Below, in pieces: positions 50,588-60,317 of a stretch of 64,000 bases of DNA. The DNA is taken from assembly GCA_963828525.1 (NCBI GenBank), contig CAWHEP010000008.1, positions 64,001 through 128,000 of the forward strand. The letters run 5' to 3'. The stretch is from an uncultured Verrucomicrobiae bacterium. GTDB taxonomy: Bacteria; Verrucomicrobiota; Verrucomicrobiia; Chthoniobacterales; Chthoniobacteraceae. Below the pieces are notes generated by a model that saw only the letters and a program-made list of their open reading frames with translations, did not search any database and was not told the origin of the DNA. Numbering within the stretch: position 1 is the first letter of the stretch; every line of letters begins with the position of its first letter. A program made the translations under genes and the position numbers.

Positions 50588-51832
50588 TCACTTCAACAAG
50601 GTTTTCTCTTCCCCGACAGCCTCCCGGAGGACGGTGCCGAATTCACGCAAGATCTTACCTTTGTCGAACTGCTGAACAAAAACTTGAGCAGCGAGACTGA
50701 ACTTCTTTAGCAGATCCGGAGAGGAGGCCAACTTGGACAAAACTTGCGCCAACTGCTCAGGTTGGCCCGGGAGCACATTCAAACCGAACTCGCCTTCAGT
50801 AAGAGCTCTGAAAAGTTCACTCTCTTCATCCGCGACGGTTACCACGGGCTTGTAAAAAGCAAGGGCGCTGAGGAGCTTGCTAGGGAAGAAAGCGCCGCCT
50901 GCTCCCCGCTGCTGGGTGATAAGACAGACATCCGAATCCACCAGCAACTCCGTGTACTCCTGGCTTGCCTGCAAAGGCAGCAGCAGTATACGGCGCTCCA
51001 ACGTGTTCATCCGGATACCCGCCTCCAGGACGCCTCGGTGGGCGCCCTGTCCACAGATGATGATTTTGATATTTTCCGCCGTAATGTATTTTGCGGCTTC
51101 CAATAGGATTTCGATCCCTTGCTTCACTCCGAGATTGCCGGAATAAACGGCAAGGAAATCTCCACTCGCGATTTCGTGCTTCTGCCTGAACGCGCCTCGG
51201 GCCGGGAGCGTGTCATGATCGACGGCCTCAGCGGAGTTTGGAAAATAAACCAACTTTTCTGGGGGAACACCCTTACGCCGAAAACAATCGACCATTCCGC
51301 GACTGATCCCGCATACAAACCGCGCTTTTTTATACGCCAAAGCTTCCATGCCATAGAGGAGTCGCGTGAAAAAGTTTGGCTTCAGCATGCCCAATGATAC
51401 GGCGGCGTCCGGCTGAAGGTCCTGCACATGGAAAACGAAGGGAGCGCCTTTCAGCAGAGATGCCAGCCAAGCCGCCAACCCAAGAAGCAGTGGAGGTGAT
51501 ACTACGACGTATACGTCGGGACTCGGCAGAGACATGATGCGCAAGAATGACGCCCCCACAAACGTCGCCTCGTGAAGGATTCGTTTCGTAGGAGTTACGA
51601 TATTTGGAACGTAGTGCCAGCAACGATAAACTGGCACGTTGTTTAAGTCGTCCTTGCGAAAAAAAACGCCTCTGTCCGGAGGCATTTTTTTCCAAGCGGG
51701 ATAATAAGGGAAACTGGTGACCATGACAACGTCGTTCCCCATCGCGCGCAATCCTTCGCACATCCTGACATTGCACGGGGCGATGCCTGCTACCTCGGGA
51801 GCATAATTGATCCCCCAGACAGTTACTCGCAT
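50588..51832 (-). CDS. wcaI: WcaI-like glycosyltransferase family 4
   Basis: INYAPE..GI; PYYPAW; HVQDLQPDAA; YSGNLGVKQG; FPSKL. Confidence 0.85.
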   Translation of the reverse strand: MRVTVWGINYAPEVAGIAPCNVRMCEGLRAMGNDVVMVTSFPYYPAWKKMPPDRGVFFRKDDLNNVPVYRCWHYVPNIVTPTKRILHEATFVGASFLRIMSLPSPDVYVVVSPPLLLGLAAWLASLLKGAPFVFHVQDLQPDAAVSLGMLKPNFFTRLLYGMEALAYKKARFVCGISRGMVDCFRRKGVPPEKLVYFPNSAEAVDHDTLPARGAFRQKHEIASGDFLAVYSGNLGVKQGIEILLEAAKYITAENIKIIICGQGAHRGVLEAGIRMNTLERRILLLPLQASQEYTELLVDSDVCLITQQRGAGGAFFPSKLLSALAFYKPVVTVADEESELFRALTEGEFGLNVLPGQPEQLAQVLSKLASSPDLLKKFSLAAQVFVQQFDKGKILREFGTVLREAVGEEKTLLK

Positions 51833-52155
51833 TCAAACGTCCGGCGGGCAAGCTGTGACCAAACAAGGCGCGTCATCGTAGCTGCGGGGTTCGATATTGC
51901 GGGAACAAGAGGGCGGGAAAATTTGCCGAACCGCATTGCGGAAAGCGACACTATAGCCTTCCGCCGTTGGAGCAACCCGAAATCACGCGCGCCCGACTGC
52001 TGAATTTATCTGGACAACCGAATTGAAACCCGGGAACCGTTGTCGCGCGGGAGCGCTCTCAGAAGAATCACCGATCCTATGAAGAAGAAGCGTACTCACA
52101 ACCACACTTTGTTCACGCTCCTCTCAGGAGATGCTGGCGCGGGGGAATAGGAGCT

Positions 52156-53289
52156 GTGCGCATCACAATTGTCCAAGGAGCCTTTCTTCCGGTGCCCGCC
52201 CTCATGGGAGGCGCCATCGAGAAAGTATGGCTCGCGCTGGGCAAGCAGTTCGTCGCCCGGGGCCACAGCGTTACTCACATCTCCCGGATGTATGGTAATC
52301 TGCCCAAGGAAGAGATTCTCGATGGAGTTAGACATTTAAGGATCGGCGGATTCGACGCGCCAGAATCTCTCCTAAAGCTCAAGCTCCTTGACCTTATCTA
52401 TACGGCAAAGGCGCTCATGGTGCTTCCGGACGCGGATATTCTGGTCGGAAATACTTTCTGGCTCCCGATCCTCTACTTTGGAGAGAAGCAAGGAAGCCTC
52501 TACGTCCACGTGGGCCGCTTCCCAAAGGGTCAGATGAGGCTTTATGGAAGGTCCGCGCGCTTGCAGACGGTCTCTTCGCCCATCCGTGATGCAATTCTGG
52601 GGGAAGTCCCACGCTTTACGTCAAAGGTTTGCGTAATTCCCTATCCCTTGCCACCTTCTTTGGCAGGGCATCAGCAAAGTTACGGAGCCAGGCAGAACTT
52701 AATCCTCTACACGGGTAGAATCCACCCTGAGAAAGGGATCGGGATTCTTATCGCGGCATTCACCATTTTGCCGCCGGAGATCACGAGCGGCTGGAAGCTT
52801 TTAATCATAGGGCCTGCAGAGGCCCGGTTTGGAGGAGGAGGAGAGGATTACCTTTCCACGCTGAAGAGGGCTGCGTCAAGCATTGAGGATAGGGTCGAAT
52901 GGATCGGACCCGTGTTCGATGATAACAAACTGGCGAGCTACTACAGAAAAGCCCGCGTGTTCGTTTACCCGTCCGTTGCTGAGAAGGGGGAAACGTTTGG
53001 CCTAGCCGTTCTGGAAGCCATGGCCAACGGGTGCGCTCCGATCGTTTCAGCTCTCGCATGCTTCACAGACTTCGTTCAAGACGGGTTGAATGGGTTTATT
53101 TTTGATCATCGCGCGGAGAAACCAGAGCAAACACTGGCGGCCACGCTGGGGATGGTGTTGTCCAACCCCGAGATGGTTGGCGCGGCAGCCAAGGAAGCAG
53201 CGCGCACGGCGACGAAATATGAGATTGGCGCGGTCGCCGATATGTATCTGGACGATTTCGCGCGCGTGTCGAAGCAACCGCACTCTTGA
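52156..53289 (+). CDS. Glycosyltransferase family 4
   Basis: PVPALMGGAIE; YTGRIHPEKG; GETFGLAVLEAMANG. Confidence 0.9.
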   Translation: MRITIVQGAFLPVPALMGGAIEKVWLALGKQFVARGHSVTHISRMYGNLPKEEILDGVRHLRIGGFDAPESLLKLKLLDLIYTAKALMVLPDADILVGNTFWLPILYFGEKQGSLYVHVGRFPKGQMRLYGRSARLQTVSSPIRDAILGEVPRFTSKVCVIPYPLPPSLAGHQQSYGARQNLILYTGRIHPEKGIGILIAAFTILPPEITSGWKLLIIGPAEARFGGGGEDYLSTLKRAASSIEDRVEWIGPVFDDNKLASYYRKARVFVYPSVAEKGETFGLAVLEAMANGCAPIVSALACFTDFVQDGLNGFIFDHRAEKPEQTLAATLGMVLSNPEMVGAAAKEAARTATKYEIGAVADMYLDDFARVSKQPHS

Positions 53290-53295
53290 CGCAAC

Positions 53296-54070
53296 CTAAG
53301 AGCGCTTCTTCGCGTAGATTTCGCAAGGCATCGCCGAGGCGCTTTCGATTTCTTTCCCGTCAGGGGCGAAACACGTGAAACCGAAATCCTTAAGGATGTC
53401 GAAACATTGAGTTGCTTTATCGGCTCCATGGAGAGCCAGCAAGATCAACGGGGATGACCCGCGCAGCAGGCGCTCCGCGCCTTTTAACACGAGACACTCC
53501 GCGCCTTCGACGTCTATCTTTATAACGTCGGGCCGGGCTGCGGGGAACTTTTCGAGGAAGCTATCGGGAGAAAACGTGGGAACATTATATAAAGTGCTAC
53601 CATCCGCTCCGAGGCGACCCTGCGCGTGCGACTTCGATATCTGGAAGGACTCGATACCATTTCCACCTGACAGCGCCGCCTGGATGACCCTGACATTTTC
53701 GATCATATTCAAGCATACGTGGCGCAACAGCATAACCACGTTCGAGGCATATGGCTCAAAGGAATACACCGCGCCGGATGGACCGACGAGCCTCGAAAAT
53801 GCAAGGGTGTAAAATCCCACATTTGCTCCGATGTCCCACGCAACCATTCCACGCTTCGTGAAATCGGCGATGAGCGTCTGCTTGTCGTATTCGTAATATC
53901 CGAGCCAGCAGCGAAGGATGCTGGAGCCCGACACCCATTTGAAACCTTTGTTTTGTACCGGCGCGTACGCGAACAACGGTGGAGGGTGGCAGAAGGCGGA
54001 GAGGGAAGCGGCATATCCTTCCCAAGATGGAAAAGGGATTCAGCGAGTCTAATTTTCTGAGAGTGTCCAT
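53296..54070 (-). CDS. FkbM family methyltransferase (frameshift near 53955)
   Basis: N-terminus lies in ORF 53756-54070; WLGYYE, WDIGANVGFY, SFEP, IKIDVEGAE. Confidence 0.82.
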
Positions 54071-54158
54071 TGATTGGATTACCTGATGCGGAGGCGTCCA
54101 CGCCTCTTCTTTGGCATGCCTGACAACGCGGATAGGGAGATTTGGAATATGGGGCTCT

Positions 54159-55022
54159 CTACCCCTCGAACGACGCGCTTTTCCTCATCTGAAGCTCCTT
54201 GGTTTTTACAACGCACAGCAATTCGTAGAATCCGTGCAGCCGCGCAAAGTAGTATCCTGGAAGGCCATCAAGAAATCCCCGCTGCCAGATATAAACATAG
54301 AGGAAACGCAACACGGGGCGGAAGGGTAAGAAGAGCGAGACCTTTTTGATGGAGCGGCGCAAGCCGACATTCCCCTTTTGGAGATGAGTTGTGCTTGCTT
54401 GTAAAGACCCATCGGTAGCTACGCAAGCTTCCCAGTTGGAGTACCTGTTGTGTTTTTCCACAAATACTTCCACCGAGGGAAAGGCGTAATGATCCATCTC
54501 GCACCTGAGCCTGCCCGTATTTCCCTGCACCAGCACATGCTCATGCACCTCGTTATCTCCGCTGGACGTTGCAGCCACCGTAAGCTTCTCGTAGCGACCA
54601 AGATGGTGCTTGAAGAGGCGGAGATTCCAATTCGGATAATACGCATGCTTCAGCCATCTACCCATGAACATGAACCGCCGATTGATCCAGTAGCCTGCGT
54701 TGAGATTCCCTTCATCCGAAACAATCGCGCGGAACTCCTCCTCCGCGTCAGGAGGAAGAACCTCGTCCGCGTCCATGATGAACACCCATTCATGCTTGAA
54801 TGGCAGCGTCTCAAGAGCCCAGTTCTTCTTTTTGGGCCAAGTCCCTTCAAACTCGAATTGAACGACTTTAGCGCCGAATGATCTGGCGGTAGCGTCAGTG
54901 CCATCCGTGCTGCCGGAATCCACTATGATGATCTCGTCGGCCCACGCAACGGACCGGAGAGCGCGAGGGAGGTTTTGCACCTCATTCTTCACAGGCATCA
55001 ATATGGAAACGGGCACCGTCAT
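54159..55022 (-). CDS. Glycosyltransferase family 2
   Basis: Start MTVPVSILMPVKNE; VDSGSTD; KKNWAL; MDADE; VHEH; KHNRYSNWEA; GFLDG. Confidence 0.9.
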   Translation of the reverse strand: MTVPVSILMPVKNEVQNLPRALRSVAWADEIIIVDSGSTDGTDATARSFGAKVVQFEFEGTWPKKKNWALETLPFKHEWVFIMDADEVLPPDAEEEFRAIVSDEGNLNAGYWINRRFMFMGRWLKHAYYPNWNLRLFKHHLGRYEKLTVAATSSGDNEVHEHVLVQGNTGRLRCEMDHYAFPSVEVFVEKHNRYSNWEACVATDGSLQASTTHLQKGNVGLRRSIKKVSLFLPFRPVLRFLYVYIWQRGFLDGLPGYYFARLHGFYELLCVVKTKELQMRKSASFEG

Positions 55023-55202
55023 ATCCTTTTCAGCCAGCAGTCCGTTCCACGCCGTGCCAGGTAAGATTTCCATCGTCTCCATTGGAGCGCAAGTCGCATT
55101 TAGAAGTTTCGAACCAGACGCTTCATTTCGAGAGAATGTCCCCACAGCCTCCGTCATTCAAACGCTATTTGCGAGAGCAGAGCACAGTCCCAAGCGTGAG
55201 CC

Positions 55203-56381
55203 TCACTTTACCCGCAGCGCCTCGCCGGGGTCGCGCGACAAGGCGTTGCGACGTCTCGCTCGCAGGCCAAAGGCGGCGCGAAGCGACGTGAGATCGCTGA
55301 AGTCCGCCAACTCCGTCAGGAAGAATGCGCCGGAAAAGGCCGCGATCGCAAGGGCAAAAGTGAGCATAGGCCCCGCAGGCAAAGCAAGGCGGTTCTTGAG
55401 CATCATCTGCATCAACTCGAGAATGAGTTGGTGGGACAGGAATATTCCAAACGACCATTCGCCGACTCGCGATATCCAGGGCGCCGGTTCCATGGACAGG
55501 CATGCGCCAGCCCCGACCGCAAAAAGCACGCCGCTAAAACCCACAATCACCTCTGGAATGCCATCTGCGGCAAGAATTCCAGCGGCCAGGAAGGCGGCGC
55601 TTAGCGCGACCGTCGCGACGGCGGTGGATCGGTGCCGCGCAACCAGTGGAACAAGGAACCGGGCCGAGATCGATGCCCCGAGGGCATAGGGAGCGCAACG
55701 AACGAGGTGGGCGAGAAGGACGGCGATAACGCGTATTGGGGCCGAGATCGTCCAAGGCAGCCCGCCAGCCAGTCCGCGTAGCAACTCATGGAAGGCATTC
55801 CCATCCAGCGTGAATTGATTCCCTGAGCGTACGACTGCCTCCGCGGCGACGATCGAAAGACAGAAACACGCAGTGAGTGACAGCAAACCCATCCTCATAA
55901 GGGCGGGCCCGCAAAGTTGGAAGACTGTGAGGCCAGCGACGAGCAGGGGCAGAAAGTAGAGCATGACCCCGCTGCACCCAAAAAGGAGCCTTCCCAACGG
56001 ATCACTGAGAACGTGAGACATGTCACCCGAGTGGCGGGCGATCTGCTTCAGCATCTGAGCGCCTGTGTAAATACCAGTCCACACCGCGTATGGGATGAGC
56101 AGACGAGAAAATGTTTTCTGTATGGCTTGAGCTTTGCGGAAGCTGCCCGCAGCGCCTGCGATGGAAACGGCGGAGAAGTAAAAGGAAGCGGCAAGGAAAA
56201 AGGGCACACAAAAGACACTAAACAAAGCTTGTAGTTGCACGGTACGCGCCGTCACGCTGCCATCTGTAACCAAGCCAGCGTGGATGAATACGACACCCAA
56301 GGCGGCGATACAGCGAAGGAGATCAACGCCTATGATCCGTTTACCGCCGTCGCGCCCGCTACCGTCCACGAAGCTCCCCAT
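55203..56381 (-). CDS. Acyltransferase family 3
   Basis: DLLRCIAALGVVFIH; VPFF; RLLIPY..W; SFGIFLSH. Confidence 0.85.
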   Translation of the reverse strand: MGSFVDGSGRDGGKRIIGVDLLRCIAALGVVFIHAGLVTDGSVTARTVQLQALFSVFCVPFFLAASFYFSAVSIAGAAGSFRKAQAIQKTFSRLLIPYAVWTGIYTGAQMLKQIARHSGDMSHVLSDPLGRLLFGCSGVMLYFLPLLVAGLTVFQLCGPALMRMGLLSLTACFCLSIVAAEAVVRSGNQFTLDGNAFHELLRGLAGGLPWTISAPIRVIAVLLAHLVRCAPYALGASISARFLVPLVARHRSTAVATVALSAAFLAAGILAADGIPEVIVGFSGVLFAVGAGACLSMEPAPWISRVGEWSFGIFLSHQLILELMQMMLKNRLALPAGPMLTFALAIAAFSGAFFLTELADFSDLTSLRAAFGLRARRRNALSRDPGEALRVK

Positions 56382-56928
56382 TCGCCTTCTTGCGAACTAC
56401 CACGGCGGGATTTCCCGCGACGATCGCGCCAGCGGGCACATCCCTGCTTACCAGGGAGCACGCTCCGACTACAGCGCGTGATCCAATGGTTATACCCGGC
56501 AGCACGAAGGCCCGCGCCCCAATGAACGCGCCGGCGCCGATCACCACCCTGGCGGTTTGCAAAGGGAGCCCCGGATCGACGAAGTTATGTGTGCCTGTAC
56601 AAAGGTAGGCTTCCTGGGCGATGACTGCTCCCTCGCCGATCTCGATTGGACCCAGACAGTAGATATTGGAGCGGTCGCCGAGACAGGCGCGCGCGTGAAG
56701 CGTGAGGTTCCAGGGTATGTTTATGCGCGCGCGTTGATGAACAAAAGGGCTGCCATGGATGCGAGCGCCGAAGCGACGCAGCCAGAACAACCGCCATCGA
56801 TTTGCCGGCTTTGGCGTCCATCCACAAAGGGCGGCCCAGCAATACTCCCATAAGAGCATGGTTAACCTTGCTTTGAGAGACCACGGCGATTCACCCTGCG
56901 CCCCCCCCGCTTCCACAATTTCCTTCAT
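56359..56928 (-). CDS. wcaF: WcaF-like hexapeptide-repeat O-acetyltransferase
   Basis: LRRFGARI; PWNL; YLCTGTH; hexapeptide repeats; VAGNPA. Confidence 0.82.
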   Translation of the reverse strand: MKEIVEAGGAQGESPWSLKARLTMLLWEYCWAALCGWTPKPANRWRLFWLRRFGARIHGSPFVHQRARINIPWNLTLHARACLGDRSNIYCLGPIEIGEGAVIAQEAYLCTGTHNFVDPGLPLQTARVVIGAGAFIGARAFVLPGITIGSRAVVGACSLVSRDVPAGAIVAGNPAVVVRKKANGELRGR

Positions 56929-56960
56929 AGATTCAGGGCGATCAGGCGCGCAGCCTCCGG

Positions 56961-58076
56961 TTAGCCAATCGACCGGCAGATCGCATCAAATACATCCTTC
57001 ACCGTGATAGAGTAGATCGCTTTCTTTTGATAGTCGATATCCGCCACCGCGTCCCATCTGAAGAACGATGCGGGATAGAGATTTATGTTGGCATCGCCTC
57101 TGGGAAACCACCGCCCCGGGGGATTTCGCGCGGAAAAGATGCTTACGCAGGGTGTGCCGACCGTGGCGGCAAGATGCATAGGGCCGCTGTCGTGACCCAC
57201 GAATAAGCGCGCTTTCCGCAAAAGCGCCGCGCTCACCCGGGGAGAACAGGCTCCGCAAAAATTTTTCGCTCCGGAGGCCAGGGCCAGAACGTCGCTCTTT
57301 TCCCTTTCATCTGCTGCGCCCAGGAAAATGATCGGCAGAGTTGGGTATCTATTGACAACCTGTCGCAAGAGCATCGTCCAATTTCGCTCGCCCCAGTCGT
57401 TGCAACTGATCTTCGTGCCAACACAGACGGCAAGGAATGGGCGGGTAATGCCGGCCACGCGCAGCAACGATTCCGCAACCGCCATCTCTTCGGGGAGGAT
57501 GCGCAAATCCCACCAAGTATCCTCCTGTAAATCCACGCGCGGGCTCGCGCCGATCCGTCTGATCAATCGCGCCGATTCGGATTCATAAAATCCGGAACAG
57601 CTGATCTGCAGGGGCCATAAATCGCGACGGTGGAAGGGGATTCCTATTATGGCGCGAATGCCGCAGCATTTGAAAAACAGGAGATCTCTAAAACTGCCTG
57701 GCAAACCCCTCCCTGCATTGAGCCAGAACATGACCTGGAACCGGGCGGCCGAAAGCGCCTTCCGCATTGCCATGAGAGCCGCTGGACTGCGCAGGCCCGC
57801 AGGGTAGCCCATAAAATCGTCGCAAAGTCCGGCGCCTGATACAATCGCCGACATGGGAGGCGCCTTTCCGGAGACTGGTTCATTCGTCAAGATGGTGATG
57901 CGCGCCTGGGGAAACTGAGACCGTATGAACCGAAGCGCCGGAATGGCCACCAAGGTGTCACCCAGGCTCCCGAGCCGGTAGATCAAAACACGACGTATGT
58001 CTGGCGGCGGGTGGTGCCAGAAACACAGAGCGCGCCGTTCCTCCGAGGAGGCAGAGTCGGCGTCCACGCGCATCAT
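56961..58076 (-). CDS. Glycosyltransferase family 9 (heptosyltransferase-like)
   Basis: RLGSLGDTL; FVGHDSGPMHLAATVGTP. Confidence 0.88.
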   Translation of the reverse strand: MMRVDADSASSEERRALCFWHHPPPDIRRVLIYRLGSLGDTLVAIPALRFIRSQFPQARITILTNEPVSGKAPPMSAIVSGAGLCDDFMGYPAGLRSPAALMAMRKALSAARFQVMFWLNAGRGLPGSFRDLLFFKCCGIRAIIGIPFHRRDLWPLQISCSGFYESESARLIRRIGASPRVDLQEDTWWDLRILPEEMAVAESLLRVAGITRPFLAVCVGTKISCNDWGERNWTMLLRQVVNRYPTLPIIFLGAADEREKSDVLALASGAKNFCGACSPRVSAALLRKARLFVGHDSGPMHLAATVGTPCVSIFSARNPPGRWFPRGDANINLYPASFFRWDAVADIDYQKKAIYSITVKDVFDAICRSIG

Positions 58077-59101
58077 CCTGTCTTTCGCGAAATGGCGTCT
58101 TCGATGATCTTTAGATAGGCTGCAGCCACATTTCCGCGCTTGAAACGCTCAAGGTGCTCAGAAGCGTAGGAACGACATCTTTCGCGCAGGGAGCCGTCTC
58201 CCATCGCTTTTTCGAGCGCCGTAGCAAGAGCGCGGGCATCACCGTTAGGGAAAGTAAGCCCACAAGCTCCTATCGCCTCTTTTAGTCCCCCCTCTTCAGA
58301 GCCGATCGGAATGCATCCCGAGGCGATCCCTTCGAGCGCGACAATCCCGAACGGCTCCGGCCACCTTGATGGTATGACCAGGATTTCATGCTCCGCGAGG
58401 ATCGCCGCGAGAGCATTGCCCGTAACGGAACCCAGGAAGTTCACTTGCGCATCGACCCCGTGTTCCCTGGCAAGGTTCTGGATCGCCCTCTCTTCGGGAC
58501 CGGAGCCCACGACCGTTAGGGTGGGCATGCGTCCTTCACCGCGCAACAGCCCCAGCGCAACGATCAACACATCCAAGCCTTTGTCGGAAACCAGGCGTCC
58601 CAGAAATAGCAGACATTTCTTTGGTTGGGATTTATCCGCCGCCTGGAAAACGTCGTCCCTAAAGGGATTCCCGATCACAATGGTAGAGGGAGGAAGATCG
58701 ACGGCGACGGCTTCGCTTATCGCCACGTTCGCGCAGAGAGGCAGCACCCAAGCCTTGAGGCGAGCGGTGGCACCCGCGTTCGAATGGCCAGGAAACAGCC
58801 AGGTCTGGTGAATGAGAATTGTCGGCTTCAGTAACAGCAAGCCTGCCCATAAGCTCCTGAGGCTTATGTTATTTTGTATAAATACGTCGCACCACCAGAC
58901 GGCCTGAATCAGTTCCCAACTGGAAGGTCTCCGCAACACTGAAAAAGTTCGCGCTACGGTATCGGGCCCCGCAGTTTGAGTGATTACCTTTACGTCGTGT
59001 CCCCTGTTCGCAAACTCGTCGGCCAGGATGGCGGTAACCGTTTCGATTCCCCCGATACTCGGCGCGAACGCGTAAGAGGAGATCAAAATCTTTCGCTTCA
59101 T
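58073..59101 (-). CDS. Glycosyltransferase family 4
   Basis: FAPSIGGIET; FLGRLVSDKG; PSRWPEPFGIVALEG. Confidence 0.9.
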   Translation of the reverse strand: MKRKILISSYAFAPSIGGIETVTAILADEFANRGHDVKVITQTAGPDTVARTFSVLRRPSSWELIQAVWWCDVFIQNNISLRSLWAGLLLLKPTILIHQTWLFPGHSNAGATARLKAWVLPLCANVAISEAVAVDLPPSTIVIGNPFRDDVFQAADKSQPKKCLLFLGRLVSDKGLDVLIVALGLLRGEGRMPTLTVVGSGPEERAIQNLAREHGVDAQVNFLGSVTGNALAAILAEHEILVIPSRWPEPFGIVALEGIASGCIPIGSEEGGLKEAIGACGLTFPNGDARALATALEKAMGDGSLRERCRSYASEHLERFKRGNVAAAYLKIIEDAISRKTG

Positions 59102-59117
59102 GCGTCCACCGTACAGC

Positions 59118-60317
59118 CTAGTCGCGGCGTCCTGATCTTCGCGCCTCGACCGAGATTGCGGAGGCCGCCGCGCGCGAGCTATAACCGCGAATCCCCTCTT
59201 CGCACCAGTCGAATGACCGCTCAAACCGCGCGAGCTTCACAAAAGCTGCCGCGCATCCGGACGCGTCACCTTCACCGATGACTTGCACTCTCGCCCATTC
59301 CCCAAATTCCGCGTAACATCCCACTGCGTCCGTCATCACTACCGCGCAACCCGCCTGTAATGCTTCGTTCACAACCAAGCCCCAGGATTCATACATCCGC
59401 CTGGAAGGCAGCGCAAAGATGTCCGCGGCAAGATAGAATCGCGGCAGTTCAGATTGGTTTTGGAACCCGGCAAACTTAACCCTGTCGCCCAGAGGAGCTG
59501 CCCGCTTCCTGAGTTCCTGCTCCATCACGCCAGATCCCAAATAAACAAGTCGAAAACGCTTCCGCTGCTCCGCGCCCAGCGCCTCCAGCGCGCGGATTAG
59601 CAGGAGAGGATCCTTTTTTTCGATGAGTTTGCCTGAGAAAAGGACAAGGATTTCATCGTCCGTGACGCCGAACTCGGCCCGGCACGAGCGGCGTAGATTG
59701 CCTTTTTCGGACGGCGACATGGTCTCAACCGGGGATGTGACGCAATAGGGCGCAAAAGACATTTTCGACTCATCAACTCCGTGTTGAAGCAAATGCCGCC
59801 TGTTTAGCTGCCCCACATAGAAAGCGTGGTCGATATTCAGATAGACAAGAAAGTAGAATATATCGCGTTTAAGCGCCGTCCATGCCCTCCTCGGAGCAGA
59901 TTCATCCTGCGTCTCGTGTCTGATCCAGACTGGAATGCCGAGAAGGACACACCAGCCATAAAGAACAAAATCCGCCAAATAATTGAGCTGCGAGATTAAC
60001 ACTGCCCGGGGTTTTTCACGCCTCAAAAGACTTCCCAAACCACGACCGTGAAGGCTCCAGAAGCCCTTCAGCGGAACTCCGTTTTCATTGTTGATGACCT
60101 GGCTGGGATAACCAGCAAGCAAAGGTACATCCCAAGCCACCTCTCTCCCGAAATCCTTGTCCTGATGCCCGCGCAACGAACAGTCTGTCGCGTAGATCAC
60201 CTTGAATTGACCCGGAATCTGTCGCTCCAACTCTTGATATACAGGAGCTTTGTATTGGACAGGATGAGAGTCGAAGATTAGCATCGCTCGTCTGACTTTT
60301 TCTCCTCGGTCCATCAT
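59118..60317 (-). CDS. Glycosyltransferase family 4
   Basis: SHPVQY; WDVPLL; FSGKLIEKK; ESWGLVVNEAL. Confidence 0.88.
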   Translation of the reverse strand: MMDRGEKVRRAMLIFDSHPVQYKAPVYQELERQIPGQFKVIYATDCSLRGHQDKDFGREVAWDVPLLAGYPSQVINNENGVPLKGFWSLHGRGLGSLLRREKPRAVLISQLNYLADFVLYGWCVLLGIPVWIRHETQDESAPRRAWTALKRDIFYFLVYLNIDHAFYVGQLNRRHLLQHGVDESKMSFAPYCVTSPVETMSPSEKGNLRRSCRAEFGVTDDEILVLFSGKLIEKKDPLLLIRALEALGAEQRKRFRLVYLGSGVMEQELRKRAAPLGDRVKFAGFQNQSELPRFYLAADIFALPSRRMYESWGLVVNEALQAGCAVVMTDAVGCYAEFGEWARVQVIGEGDASGCAAAFVKLARFERSFDWCEEGIRGYSSRAAASAISVEARRSGRRD

